NCBI GenBank assembly: GCA_963823335.1 | Contig: CAWGLD010000001.1 | Span: 1,504,001-1,568,000 of the forward strand | DNA from: an uncultured delta proteobacterium | Lineage (GTDB): Bacteria > Desulfobacterota > Desulfobacteria > Desulfobacterales > B30-G6 | Reading direction: 5' to 3' | DNA: 64,000 nucleotides | Shown here: positions 9,379 through 18,891 of the stretch, piece by piece | How the letters are laid out: the number at the start of each line of letters is the position of its first letter | Position numbering within the stretch: the first letter of the stretch is position 1 | The notes under the pieces: generated by a model | What the model saw: only the letters and a program-made list of their open reading frames with translations | What the model was told of the DNA's origin: nothing | Databases searched by the model: none | Position numbers and translations under genes: made by a program

Positions 9379-10362
9379 TTATGCGAGGGATGTCAGGTGG
9401 GACTGTAGATTGACTTTTGTATTTTTTATTCCGAGCTTATTTCTTATATTTTCCCTATGGCGTGCTACTGTTTTATGTGAAAGATTTCGGATCGTTGCTA
9501 TTTCTTTTGTCCCCTTGCCCTGTCTTATAAGAGAAGCCACTTTTATTTCGGCAGGCGTTAATCCGAAAGAATTAGAGGACAGTTGGAGGGAAAATGGTGA
9601 AACAATTTCGTGCAGACTTGATTCTATAACATCAAGCAAGGCAATTTGTGTTTCGGTGAGTTTGCCTTTTTTTAATTTTTCGACATAGGGGAGCGCCAAT
9701 CTTTTTACATTGGACAGTACCTGTTCTTGCAAGAGTATTTTATCTTCTTCTCTTTTTTCTAACAGGACGTTCAGGGCGACATTTATCTCTTCAAGCTTAT
9801 TTGTCTTTGATTCTAATTCTTTGGTTCGATCTTTTACCATGTATTCCAGATTTTCTGAATATGCTTTTATCTTTTCCTCTGCTTGTTTGCGCTCGGTGAC
9901 ATCACGGGTGATGCCTATGACACCGGTAGGCAAACCGGCTTTATCTCGCAGAAAAGAAACTTTAACCTCAATTGGAAGGACGCTGCCGTCTTTGCGTATT
10001 GTATCCAGTTCCAAAACAATTGACCGGTCCGGCAAGACCCCTGGATCGCCGTCACATCCAATCTCCTCTGAAAAGGTTTGTATCACTTTTTGATAAGACT
10101 TAGGTGTGAATGCTTGTTCCAAATCAATTTGCATAAGCTCCTCAGGTTTATATCCCTGCAGCTTCTTAACCGATGGGCTAATATAGGTAAACTTGAGGTC
10201 CATACCTAATATCCAGATGACATCGGTTACGTTGCTTTCTAGCAATTGATACTTGTGTACGTTTTCTCTCAATGCTTCTTCCGTACGCTTACATTCCGAT
10301 TCAATTTTCTCTAATTCAAGAATCCGCTTTTCTAATTCAGCGTAGGTTGGCTTTTCAGACAT
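9379..10362 (-). CDS. PAS-domain LuxR-family transcriptional regulator
   Basis: SEKPTYAELE coiled coil; PAS/PAC (YISPSV...GY.PEEL...RKDGS...RDVTERK); C-terminal LTPAEIKVA...GKGTKEIA...HRENIRNKLG HTH. Confidence 0.92.
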   Translation of the reverse strand: MSEKPTYAELEKRILELEKIESECKRTEEALRENVHKYQLLESNVTDVIWILGMDLKFTYISPSVKKLQGYKPEELMQIDLEQAFTPKSYQKVIQTFSEEIGCDGDPGVLPDRSIVLELDTIRKDGSVLPIEVKVSFLRDKAGLPTGVIGITRDVTERKQAEEKIKAYSENLEYMVKDRTKELESKTNKLEEINVALNVLLEKREEDKILLQEQVLSNVKRLALPYVEKLKKGKLTETQIALLDVIESSLHEIVSPFSLQLSSNSFGLTPAEIKVASLIRQGKGTKEIATIRNLSHKTVARHRENIRNKLGIKNTKVNLQSHLTSLA

Positions 10363-10658
10363 GAAATACACCTATATTTTTCAAATATTATGAATTGTAG
10401 ATACTTGCATTATTGTTAGGTTACACCTAACTCAAGTATGGTTGAAGCTATTGTGAAACGTGTGAACGAAAGACTGAACCGGGTGTATTGTGGTGCGGTG
10501 TGTTAGAAGGTTAGGTCAAATTCTCGCCTGATTCAGATTAAAGCGCACAATATCAATAAACTATGAAAACCACAATGGGTCTTTCAAGTACTTTGAATGG
10601 GTTGTGATGTGTTCTGAAAAACCTTCTGAAAACCAAATATTGGGCAAGTAACGATAGA

Positions 10659-10822
10659 TGGAGACAAGTACAGTTATCAAGTTTGATGCAAATATTGCCG
10701 ATACCATCTGGTCATGCCCACAGTACCACGTGAGCCACTATGAATACAAGATTCAGTCGGTTGTGATTATTTTCGCACACCGGCAATTTTTAGGCACTTG
10801 ATATCTACCGAATCGTTGGAGA
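10659..10822. repeat. Island ~165 bp repeat, copy 3
   Basis: TGGAGA...GGAGA bounded; invariant core at 10760-10783. Confidence 0.9.
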
Positions 10823-11189
10823 AAGTCCCATCCTCTTACCAAAAAGATGTTACCCGTTTTCTTTCTCCCGCCATTTGCCAAACGCTCCTCGTGATGACTC
10901 CTCGTATTTTGGGAGATCATCTGTAATTTCATAGTAATCACCAGCCTGCGAAAGCCAAACGTGTCCCATTGTTCTTAGCCCTGTCGGCAGATTAAGTGTC
11001 CCAGCAGAAATCCATATTTTGTCTCTGGTTTCCCTCGGATCCCAGAACAGGCTGGAACCGCATTCTTTACAAAAACCACGGTAAATGCCTGGTTGTCAAT
11101 CGGCTTCCAAAAATGACCCACTACCGGCGTGCAAAATTGACCCACCCCAGCACATAAAAAGTTAATGTAAATAACATCAGATCCCTCCG

Positions 11190-11921
11190 CTAAGAGACTC
11201 TGTCTTTCATCCTCCAGCTTTCATTTCCGGTTTCAATGATTTCACAATGGTGCGTAAGACGGTCCAACATGGCCGTGGTCATCTTTTTGTCACCAAAGAC
11301 CTGCGGCCATTCCCCAAACCCCAGGTTGGTGGTAACGATAACAGATGTCTGCTCGTAGAGTTTTGAGATCAGATGGAACAACAATTGGCTGCCATTTTTT
11401 GAGAACGGCAGATAGCCCAGTTCATCAAGCACGACCAGATCAAACCGAACGAGTTGGGATGCCAACTTGCCGCCATCACCTGCCAGCTTTTCTTGTTCCA
11501 GTTCATTAGCCAGGTCCACCAAGTTGTAGAACTTTGCACGTGAGCCGTCTCTGATGGTTTGGGCAGTTATGGCAATGGCAAGATGAGTTTTTCCTGTACC
11601 CGTACCTCCGACCAAAATGAGATTGGAGTGACCTTCCAAAAAATCGCCTTGATACAGGGATCTAATCTGCAGTTCATCCACTCCGGCTTCTTCGAAGTTA
11701 AAGGTGTCAAGAGCCTTCATCGCCGGGAAGCGGGCCTGCCCCATGCGGTACCTGATGCTACGCAAATGCCGCTCGGCAGCTTCAGCTTCCAGAAGTTCAA
11801 GAAGGATCTTTTCGGGAGTTGATCGCTGCTTTCGTCCGCTGGTGAGAACCTCATCATAGACAGCATGCATCCCTCTCAGCTTGAGCGTTTCCATGGTTTG
11901 CAAAATATTATTTCGCAGCAT
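11190..11921 (-). CDS. istB: IS21 helper ATPase
   Basis: [11 protein letters not shown]alker [12 protein letters not shown]alker B, TTNL.F.EW.QVFGD and AMLDRLTHH. Confidence 0.95.
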   Translation of the reverse strand: MLRNNILQTMETLKLRGMHAVYDEVLTSGRKQRSTPEKILLELLEAEAAERHLRSIRYRMGQARFPAMKALDTFNFEEAGVDELQIRSLYQGDFLEGHSNLILVGGTGTGKTHLAIAITAQTIRDGSRAKFYNLVDLANELEQEKLAGDGGKLASQLVRFDLVVLDELGYLPFSKNGSQLLFHLISKLYEQTSVIVTTNLGFGEWPQVFGDKKMTTAMLDRLTHHCEIIETGNESWRMKDRVS

Positions 11922-12096
11922 GCTGCCTCCGATCGATTAACATCTCATAGCGATGACAATCGGCAATAGGTTCATTTATCAGCATCAGTTGCTCAGGCAG
12001 ATCAATCACCGTTGTTTGTTCTTTATCCTGGCTGCGGTGCAAAATGTTCAAGACCACTTCCTTGCTGACGACCGGCATTTTCAACGCCTGTCGACA
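11908..12096 (-). pseudogene. istA: 3' remnant of IS21 transposase
   Basis: CRQAL...SKEVVLNIL...L.L..EP.ADC.RYE, a typical IstA C-terminus overlapping the istB start. Confidence 0.75.
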
Positions 12097-12633
12097 CAAT
12101 GGGATGATATTAATTTTGAGGAACGATATATTCATATTCAAAGGGGATTGGCACGGGGAAAAATATCATACCCGAAATCAGGTAAAGACCGAAAAGTCGA
12201 TATGAGTCCACAACTGGCAGAAACCCTGAAATGCTTAAAAGGTACCTTCAGGCTGAAGATTGTGGCCGACAACCCTGAACCTGAATATGTCTTTAAGAAC
12301 AGTAGCGGCGAATTGGTTAATTTGAACAATTGGAGAAAGCGGATTTATTTCAAGGTGATTGAAAAGGCAGAAATCCGAAAGATAAGGATTCACGATCTGA
12401 GGCATACATATGCCACCCTTAGGATCAATAAGGGTGACAACATAGCCGATGTGTCAAATCAGCTTGGACACCATTCAGTCAAGTTGACATTGGACGTTTA
12501 TCACCATTGGATGCCAGGTGATAAGAAAGCTGAAGTTGACGCCCTGGATGATCTTTCCCCGATGCACCCAAATACACCCCATATGCACCCTGCCACTTCA
12601 GAAAGTAAAAAAGGGGCAGCCAGTGTTGGCTAA
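12097..12633 (+). pseudogene. 5'-truncated tyrosine recombinase/integrase
   Basis: QWDDINF...PKSGKDRKV...YVF...IHDLRHTYAT...LGHHSVKLTLDVY (HxxR, H, Y present); the first catalytic Arg box and N-terminal domains are missing. Confidence 0.88.
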
Positions 12634-12639
12634 CCCCTT
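12562..12639. other. Candidate integrase arm-type sites and hairpin at the att junction
   Basis: ATGCACCC, ATACACCC and ATGCACCC at 10-11 bp spacing (12562-12590), then an AAGGGG..AGCCA...TGGCT..CCCCTT hairpin next to the tRNA 3' end. Confidence 0.5.
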
Positions 12640-12647
12640 GAATGTTA

Positions 12648-12722
12648 TGGTGATCCCACCGGGATTCGAACCCGGGTTACCGGCGTGAGAGGCCGGCGTC
12701 CTAACCACTAGACGATGGGACC
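12648..12722 (-). tRNA. tRNA-Glu(CTC)
   Basis: GGTCCCATCGTCTAGTGGTTAGGACGCCGGCCTCTCACGCCGGTAACCCGGGTTCGAATCCCGGTGGGATCACCA; anticodon CTC; encoded CCA. Confidence 0.97.
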
Positions 12723-12823
12723 ATAATTTTTCTTTGAAAATTTATCAAGTACGGTTTCGTCGCTTCTTGACTGAAACTGATCTAATATTAGAATTTCTAA
12801 TTAATTGTCAAACAAATTATTAT

Positions 12824-12899
12824 TTGAAGAACCTCGCAGCATGCGAAGCACTGCCGAACGGCAGAACCTGCGGGGTTAGCGCTCGCTGTTGCGGTTCAA
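12824..12899 (-). repeat. TTGAA...TTCAA palindromic mini-element, short form (copy A)
   Basis: 76 bp; reverse complement of the copies at 21441, 29442 and 51027. Confidence 0.85.
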
Positions 12900-13120
12900 A
12901 AAAGATTTTGAAGATTCTTCTTTCTGCCTTTTCTATATCCGAAGATGAAATATATGGGCGAGCCCACAAACGGGATCGCGGCGATCAAACCCCAGAGGGC
13001 TTTTTTCCCGATGGTGCCGAAATCTTTCTGAAGGCAGTCGACGATGGCCCAGACTGTCAGAAAGAAAAAGGGTACGGTCAAAAGAACTACGACACCCACT
13101 GTTTTTAATTCTTGTATCAT
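12896..13120 (-). CDS. PLDc N-terminal-domain-like small membrane protein
   Basis: WAIVD...F...KALW...IPFVG..IYFIFG pattern. Confidence 0.75.
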   Translation of the reverse strand: MIQELKTVGVVVLLTVPFFFLTVWAIVDCLQKDFGTIGKKALWGLIAAIPFVGSPIYFIFGYRKGRKKNLQNLF

Positions 13121-13132
13121 GAATCGCTCAAC

Positions 13133-14011
13133 TTAGGACAATAGATCTGCTATCTTTAGTATGGTATTTACGTAATAGTCGCTGTGATTGTAGCGATGAA
13201 TAATCCTTTTGGCTTTTTCCGTATCGATTCCCGGTTTCCACCCAAAGCGTTTCAGGAAGCTGGCGATACTGGCCATGGCATCGGCGTGGGTGAACAGATC
13301 GATAACGCCGTCCTGATTTCCGTCGCGTGCGTAGGCCAGAAGGGTGGTGGGCATGAACTGGGCGATACCCAGGGCACCGGCATAGGATCCTTGAATAAGC
13401 ACCGGATCGAAATTTTCATTCTGCGTATACTGCAGGAAAGCTTTCAATTCCTTATAGGCCCAAGCAGATTTGCGGATGGCCCTTTTCTGGAAATCTGTTT
13501 TGCTGATCTCATCCTTACGTTTGAAATTTCTCCAAAAATCATCCCGAACCACAGGGTCGTCAAAAGCGGATAGAGACGATAAGGTATTCAAAACGGAACG
13601 ATTGCCCAGGGTGGTACCCAGCCCGGTTTCAACCAGAATAATAGCTGTGATGACCTGCTTGTCCACCCCGTAGGCTTGTTCTGTTTTCTCCAGTTGGTCA
13701 CGGTGTTTCTGCATGTATTTTCTTGCTTGACCGATGGACCAGTCATTGGTGAACTGATCGTAGTTCAACTTGCCCTCACTGTGCACAAAAAAGAGAGAGA
13801 CAGTCTGCCTTTCAAACGATACCCGGGGATTTTGATAAAATTTCAGGATGTTATCTGGTTGAAAGCCGTCCTGGATTAACTTTTCCTGCAGGGCCTTGAA
13901 TTGCCAGATTCCGTTAGGTGTGTCCGCCGCTGCATCCCCAGGCCATAAAACGGGAACAGCAAGAACGATGATGGATAACAGCAACATTCTGAGCGATAAA
14001 TTTAATTTCAT
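13133..14011 (-). CDS. Lytic murein transglycosylase (MltB/SLT_2 family)
   Basis: AIILVETGLG, GSYAGALGIAQFMPT, DGNQDGVIDL and YNHSDYY. Confidence 0.9.
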   Translation of the reverse strand: MKLNLSLRMLLLSIIVLAVPVLWPGDAAADTPNGIWQFKALQEKLIQDGFQPDNILKFYQNPRVSFERQTVSLFFVHSEGKLNYDQFTNDWSIGQARKYMQKHRDQLEKTEQAYGVDKQVITAIILVETGLGTTLGNRSVLNTLSSLSAFDDPVVRDDFWRNFKRKDEISKTDFQKRAIRKSAWAYKELKAFLQYTQNENFDPVLIQGSYAGALGIAQFMPTTLLAYARDGNQDGVIDLFTHADAMASIASFLKRFGWKPGIDTEKAKRIIHRYNHSDYYVNTILKIADLLS

Positions 14012-14121
14012 GGGTTTGGTTCCGTTTCTCTACCTTTATCATTTATTGAGATCGTGTTATATTTCAACGATTCTGCGAAAAGCAGCGAAACGTATAGCAC
14101 ATTTAACAAAGATTGGATAGC

Positions 14122-15489
14122 GTGAATAAGAATATTAAAACGATATATGCCTGCCAGACATGCGGGTATGAAACACCTAAGTGGATGGGGAAGTGCCCGG
14201 ATTGCGGGGAATGGCATACCTTTGTCGAGGAAACAAAAACATCCAAACGCGCTCCCGGATTTGCCGGCAAGGGCTCGGTCGCGAGTGCGGAGGTCATTGC
14301 CGTGTCCGACATTGACGGCCAGGATGAAACCAGGATTCAGACCGGTATAGCAGAACTGGACCGCGTTTTGGGGGGTGGGCTGGTACCGGGGACCCTGATT
14401 TTGATCGGTGGTGATCCCGGTATCGGAAAGTCGACCTTGATGCTTCAGGCCCTTCATGGGCTTTCCCAGGATGGGCAGAAGGTGCTCTATATATCCGGCG
14501 AAGAATCCGTCCGGCAACTCGGTCTGCGAAGCAAGCGGCTTGCGACCCTGTCGGCCGATATCCTGGCTGTTTCCGAAATCGAGATCGATGCTATCCTGGC
14601 GATTGTCGAAAAAATCCGACCGGGAGTGATCGTTATCGACTCTATACAGACCATGTACAGCGCGGACCTAACCTCGGCACCCGGGAGTGTGAGCCAGGTC
14701 AGGGAGTCTGCCATGCGGCTGATGCTCATGGCAAAGCAGAAAGGCATTCCGACATTTCTGGTGGGGCACGTGACCAAGGAAGGCGCCATTGCCGGGCCAC
14801 GGTTGCTGGAGCACATGGTAGACACGGTGCTTTACTTCGAGGGTGACAGGAATCATGTTTTCCGGATTCTGCGGGCCGTAAAGAACCGCTTCGGATCGAC
14901 AAACGAAATCGGTGTTTTCGAGATGAAGGAAAATGGCTTGAACGAGGTGGACAACCCCTCTGCCATTTTCCTGTCCGAGCGACCGGAATCATCTCCGGGA
15001 TCGGTTGTAACATCGAGCATGGAAGGGACCCGCCCTATTCTTGTGGAGTTGCAGGCGCTTGCCAGCAGCACCAATTTAGGTACCCCCCGCAGGACGATAC
15101 TGGGTCTGGATCAGAATCGTGTGGCGCTTCTAGTGGCTGTCATGGAGAAAAAGCTGGGCATGCATCTTCTGGGTCATGATATTTTCATGAACGTCGCCGG
15201 GGGGCTCAGAATCGATGAGCCGGGGGTGGATCTGGGTATTGTATCGGCCATTGCATCCAGTTTTCTGGATCAGCCGGTCACGGGTGGCACGGCCGTGGTC
15301 GGCGAGGTGGGTCTGACAGGTGAAGTAAGGGCGGTGGGTCAGATCGAGACCCGGGCAGGTGAAATGAAAAAGATGGGATTCACTCGCTGCCTTGTGCCCC
15401 GAAACAACCTGGAACGCATGGCGATTGTGAAAGGGCTCGACCTGATCGGTGTTAAGAATATTGCGGAGGCCATGGAAGCGTTGTTCTAA
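14122..15489 (+). CDS. radA: DNA repair protein RadA/Sms
   Basis: CQTCG...KW.GKCPDC zinc finger, GGDPGIGKSTL, KNRFG motif and Lon-like C-terminus. Confidence 0.97.
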   Translation: MNKNIKTIYACQTCGYETPKWMGKCPDCGEWHTFVEETKTSKRAPGFAGKGSVASAEVIAVSDIDGQDETRIQTGIAELDRVLGGGLVPGTLILIGGDPGIGKSTLMLQALHGLSQDGQKVLYISGEESVRQLGLRSKRLATLSADILAVSEIEIDAILAIVEKIRPGVIVIDSIQTMYSADLTSAPGSVSQVRESAMRLMLMAKQKGIPTFLVGHVTKEGAIAGPRLLEHMVDTVLYFEGDRNHVFRILRAVKNRFGSTNEIGVFEMKENGLNEVDNPSAIFLSERPESSPGSVVTSSMEGTRPILVELQALASSTNLGTPRRTILGLDQNRVALLVAVMEKKLGMHLLGHDIFMNVAGGLRIDEPGVDLGIVSAIASSFLDQPVTGGTAVVGEVGLTGEVRAVGQIETRAGEMKKMGFTRCLVPRNNLERMAIVKGLDLIGVKNIAEAMEALF

Positions 15490-15512
15490 ATTATTTATGG
15501 AGATGATCATAT

Positions 15513-16298
15513 ATGCCGACACCTGTATTAAAAATTGAAAAAGAAGATCGAATTGCTTTGATTACGCTGAATCGACCAGAGTCTATGAATGCACTTTCAA
15601 CCGAATTACGGAATGCGATTTCAGATGCATTTTCCGAGCTGAAGAATGACCCCCAAATACGGGTTGCCATTTTAACCGGCGCCGGGAAGGCTTTCTGTGC
15701 GGGGCTTGATTTGAAAGAGCTCGCCCAAGGAAAAGGTATGATTGACGACCTATCCGAGAAAAGGAGAGCAAAGATAAACCTGACAACACCATTAAAGGAA
15801 TTCGGGAAGCCGGTGATCGGTGCCATCAACGGACCGGCCATTACGGGGGGTTTTGAACTGGCCCTGGGATGTGACATTCTCATCGCATCTACAGGGGCGC
15901 GTTTTGCGGACACTCATGCCAGGGTCGGTATTATTCCGGGGTCGGAGCTAAGTCAGAAATTGTCACGGCTGCTTGGAATATATCGCGCCAAAGAGATCTC
16001 TCTCACCGGGAATTTTATTGATGCACAGCGGGCCCTGGAATGGGGGCTCGTTAATCGTGTGGTATCACCGGAGGACTTGCTGCCTACCTGCCGCGGCATT
16101 GCCGAGGATATTGTATCGTGTCCACAGGATATGATTCTGAAATATAAGAAGCTTATCGATGACGGTTATTATCTAACCTTTGGCGACGGCCTCGAGCTTG
16201 AAAGAAAAACAAATTACGAGCATTTCCAAACTGTCCAGGCGGAAACAATTGCTCAGCGAAGGGCGGATATTTTGGAGAGGGGCCGAAAACAGACCTAA
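15513..16298 (+). CDS. Enoyl-CoA hydratase/isomerase family protein
   Basis: ITLNRPE..NAL, AFCAGLDL, GAINGPAITGGFELAL.CD and FADTH. Confidence 0.92.
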   Translation: MPTPVLKIEKEDRIALITLNRPESMNALSTELRNAISDAFSELKNDPQIRVAILTGAGKAFCAGLDLKELAQGKGMIDDLSEKRRAKINLTTPLKEFGKPVIGAINGPAITGGFELALGCDILIASTGARFADTHARVGIIPGSELSQKLSRLLGIYRAKEISLTGNFIDAQRALEWGLVNRVVSPEDLLPTCRGIAEDIVSCPQDMILKYKKLIDDGYYLTFGDGLELERKTNYEHFQTVQAETIAQRRADILERGRKQT

Positions 16299-16370
16299 AG
16301 TATTGGGATCATCTCCCAAAGAGTTGATCCCAATATATCCTCATACTTGACTTAACAATGCCGTAACTAT

Positions 16371-16979
16371 ATGAAACGAAAAACATCCAAAGGGAATACC
16401 TGGCAGGACCATTATTCCCGCAAGGCACAAAAGGAAAAATACCCGGCGAGGTCCGTTTACAAACTACAGGAGATCCAGAAAAAATACCGTCTCATACGCA
16501 AGGGTGACAGGGTGTTGGATCTAGGGTGTTCTCCGGGGTCGTGGCTGGCCTATGCGGCAGAGCTGACCGGTGAAGGCGGCCGGGTTGTCGGTGTCGATCT
16601 CAAACCGGTTTCGATTCAACTGCCGGCGCATGTAACGGTCTATAAAGGGGATTTGCTGACCCCTGGAAAGGCGCTGATGGAGAAACTGGGGCAACGGTTT
16701 CATGCCGTCATCAGCGATATGGCGCCGAACACCACCGGGAACAAGGATGTGGACGCCGCCAGATCCTTTGATCTTTGTGAGGCGGCGCTTACGCTTTCCC
16801 AGAAGGTTCTGGTTCCGAATGGCGTGTTTATATGCAAGATTTTCCAGGGAGAGCTGTTCACGGTGTATTCAGACAGGGTCAAGGCGTGTTTTAATCGGCA
16901 GCACATATTCAAACCCCAGAGCAGCCGGAAGGCCAGCAAGGAAATATATATCATCGGCATGGGAAAGATTGGTTCATAA
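16371..16979 (+). CDS. rlmE: 23S rRNA Um2552 methyltransferase
   Basis: RSVYKL.EI, DLGCSPGSW, SDMAPNTTG, KIFQG and KP.SSR..S.E.Y. Confidence 0.95.
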   Translation: MKRKTSKGNTWQDHYSRKAQKEKYPARSVYKLQEIQKKYRLIRKGDRVLDLGCSPGSWLAYAAELTGEGGRVVGVDLKPVSIQLPAHVTVYKGDLLTPGKALMEKLGQRFHAVISDMAPNTTGNKDVDAARSFDLCEAALTLSQKVLVPNGVFICKIFQGELFTVYSDRVKACFNRQHIFKPQSSRKASKEIYIIGMGKIGS

Positions 16980-16980
16980 T

Positions 16981-17096
16981 TGTGTTTAGTGTTTGGTATT
17001 TGGTGTTTAGCGGTTGGACTGTTTTATCGTCAGCGAGGCGTTAGCCCCTTCTGTACAGCAACAAAATACAAAACACAAAATGCAAAACACAAATAT
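16981..17096. repeat. Degenerate 7-mer tandem repeats arranged as an inverted pair
   Basis: (GTGTTTR)n ... (AAAACAC/AAAATAC)n. Confidence 0.65.
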
Positions 17097-17107
17097 TTTA
17101 GGAGGTA

Positions 17108-17848
17108 ATGATGTCAGGACACAGCAAATGGTCTTCCATAAAGCATAAAAAAGGGGCCGCAGATGCCAAGCGTGGGAAGATATTCACAAAGCTGATCAAG
17201 GAAATAACTGTTGCAGCCCGGATGGGCGGCAGTGGAGACCCGGATGCCAACCCAAGACTCAGAACAGCCATATTGGCGGCTAAGGCTGAGAATATGCCCA
17301 AAGACAACATCGAGCGGGGAATTAAGAAAGGCACAGGGGAACTGGAAGGCGTTGACTACGAAGAAAACACCTATGAAGGGTATGGTCCCGGTGGTGCGGC
17401 GGTTTTTCTGGAATCTCTGACCGACAATAAAAACAGGGCCGTTGCGGATATCCGCCACATTTTTGCTAAATGCGGTGGAAATCTGGGTGAAAACGGCTGT
17501 GTTGCCTGGATGTTCGACAAAAAGGGCTATATCGTTGTGGAACGCTCCGCCATTGATGAGGAATCTCTGATGGAGACGGCTCTCGATGCCGGTGCAGAAG
17601 ATGTCCGGGAGGACGACAGCAATTTTGAAATCATTACGGCACCCGAGGACTTCGAAGCCGTCAAGGCCGCCATCGATGAAAAAGAGATCCCCTATCTGGA
17701 TGCCGAGGTGACCATGCTGCCCCAGACAGCCACCAGTCTTCAGGGGAAAGAAGCTGATCAGATGATCCGGCTGATGGACATGCTGGACGATTGTGAGGAT
17801 GTTCAGAAAGTATATACCAATGCGGATATACCGGATGAGCTGGTATAA
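17108..17848 (+). CDS. YebC/PmpR family DNA-binding regulator
   Basis: [34 protein letters not shown] and DVQKVYTN. Confidence 0.96.
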   Translation: MMSGHSKWSSIKHKKGAADAKRGKIFTKLIKEITVAARMGGSGDPDANPRLRTAILAAKAENMPKDNIERGIKKGTGELEGVDYEENTYEGYGPGGAAVFLESLTDNKNRAVADIRHIFAKCGGNLGENGCVAWMFDKKGYIVVERSAIDEESLMETALDAGAEDVREDDSNFEIITAPEDFEAVKAAIDEKEIPYLDAEVTMLPQTATSLQGKEADQMIRLMDMLDDCEDVQKVYTNADIPDELV

Positions 17849-17857
17849 CTTGGAGCA

Positions 17858-17904
17858 ATAAGCTGTAAGCCATAAGCTTTAAGCAGAAAGCAGCTTATGG
17901 CTTT
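17858..17904. repeat. Degenerate 7-mer hairpin between convergent genes
   Basis: TAAGCTGTAAGCCATAAGCT...AGCTTATGGCTT. Confidence 0.65.
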
Positions 17905-17923
17905 TACAATCCCGTAAACGATG

Positions 17924-18820
17924 TTACCGGGATAGCGCAATCATCCTTTCCACCGCCCGAAGCGCGGGTACGCGAACGTCTTCGGGAACTTTCACTTCAC
18001 CTTCCATCTTTTCGAGACTGTTCAGGATGTCCTGCAGGGTAATTTTCTTCATGTTTTTACAGGTCATTTTTTCCGAAGCCGGAAAAAACTGTTTGTCTGG
18101 ATTGGCTTTCCGAAGCGGATGAAGCAGCCCTGTCTCGGTACCGACTATAAAAGATTTGGCGTCCGATTTACTGGCATGACGAATCATGCCTGATGTGGAG
18201 GTGACAATATCGGCCATTTCAAGAATTTCCGGTCGGCACTCGGGGTGTGCCATGAATACCGCTTGGGGGTGCGCATCGCGGGCGATTTGTACGTCTTTGG
18301 GTTTCAGGATTTCATGGGTAGGACAGTAACCTTCCCAGACATGAATCTTCTTGGTAGTCTGTGAGGCCGCATACATGGCCAGATTGCGGTCGGGCGTCAT
18401 AAGTATTTCTTTCGCGTCCAGGCTGTTGGCCACGGCCACGACATTTGCAGAGGTACAGCAGATAGTGGACAAGGCCTTCACATCTGCAGTGGAATTTACA
18501 TAGGTTACCACAGGCATGGGGGGCAAGGACGCAATTTTGGCGGTCAGGCCTTCGGCGGTTATCATGTCTGCCATAAGACACCCGGCATCATGACGGGGCA
18601 GCAAAACGGTTTTGTGAGGCGACAAAATCGAAGCCGTTTCCGCCATGAAGTGTACACCGCAGAACAGGATCACGTCGGCCTCTGTACTGGCCGCACGGAT
18701 ACTCAACTCAAGGGAATCTCCACAAAGATCCGCGATGTCCTGAATTTCAGGGGGCTGGTAGTTGTGTGCCAGCATGATGGCATTACGCTGCTTCAGTAGC
18801 TTTCTTATTTTTTCTTTCAT
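17924..18820 (-). CDS. nadA: Quinolinate synthase A
   Basis: LAHNYQ, GDSL.L, FCGVHFMAET, YVNS, CTSAN, PD.NL, CPTH, HPEC and C.NMK. Confidence 0.96.
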   Translation of the reverse strand: MKEKIRKLLKQRNAIMLAHNYQPPEIQDIADLCGDSLELSIRAASTEADVILFCGVHFMAETASILSPHKTVLLPRHDAGCLMADMITAEGLTAKIASLPPMPVVTYVNSTADVKALSTICCTSANVVAVANSLDAKEILMTPDRNLAMYAASQTTKKIHVWEGYCPTHEILKPKDVQIARDAHPQAVFMAHPECRPEILEMADIVTSTSGMIRHASKSDAKSFIVGTETGLLHPLRKANPDKQFFPASEKMTCKNMKKITLQDILNSLEKMEGEVKVPEDVRVPALRAVERMIALSR

Positions 18821-18891
18821 TATAATCTCCCAACCCGGATAAACCGGAAAAACATCTTCTATCACGAAAGTAGTATCGTTATGAAATACGG

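Larger units (their letters stand above)
11094..12096 (-). mobile_element. Truncated IS21-family element (one end, intact istB, 3' tail of istA)
   Basis: End TGTCAATCGGC... with repeated AAAATGACCCA/AAATTGACCCA sites at 11094-11145; istB and the istA tail follow; no second end is visible. Confidence 0.85.

Noticed and set aside
10658-10801. 47-codon plus-strand ORF within repeat copy 3
   Set aside because: The equivalent frame has stops in copy 1, and the substitutions are not synonymous-biased.
5701-10822. The ~165 bp repeats as a CRISPR array, attC sites or dif/pdif sites
   Set aside because: Spacing is kilobases and there are no cas genes. There are no RYYYAAC/GTTRRRY ends. The core only partly resembles a XerC arm and has no XerD arm.
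11953-12096. N-terminal part of the track ORF 11953-12633 as integrase sequence
   Set aside because: It is the antisense of the istA tail; integrase similarity starts at QWDDINF.
12734-13108. 124 aa plus-strand ORF
   Set aside because: It runs through the mini-element and lies antisense to the PLDc-like gene, so it is a shadow ORF.
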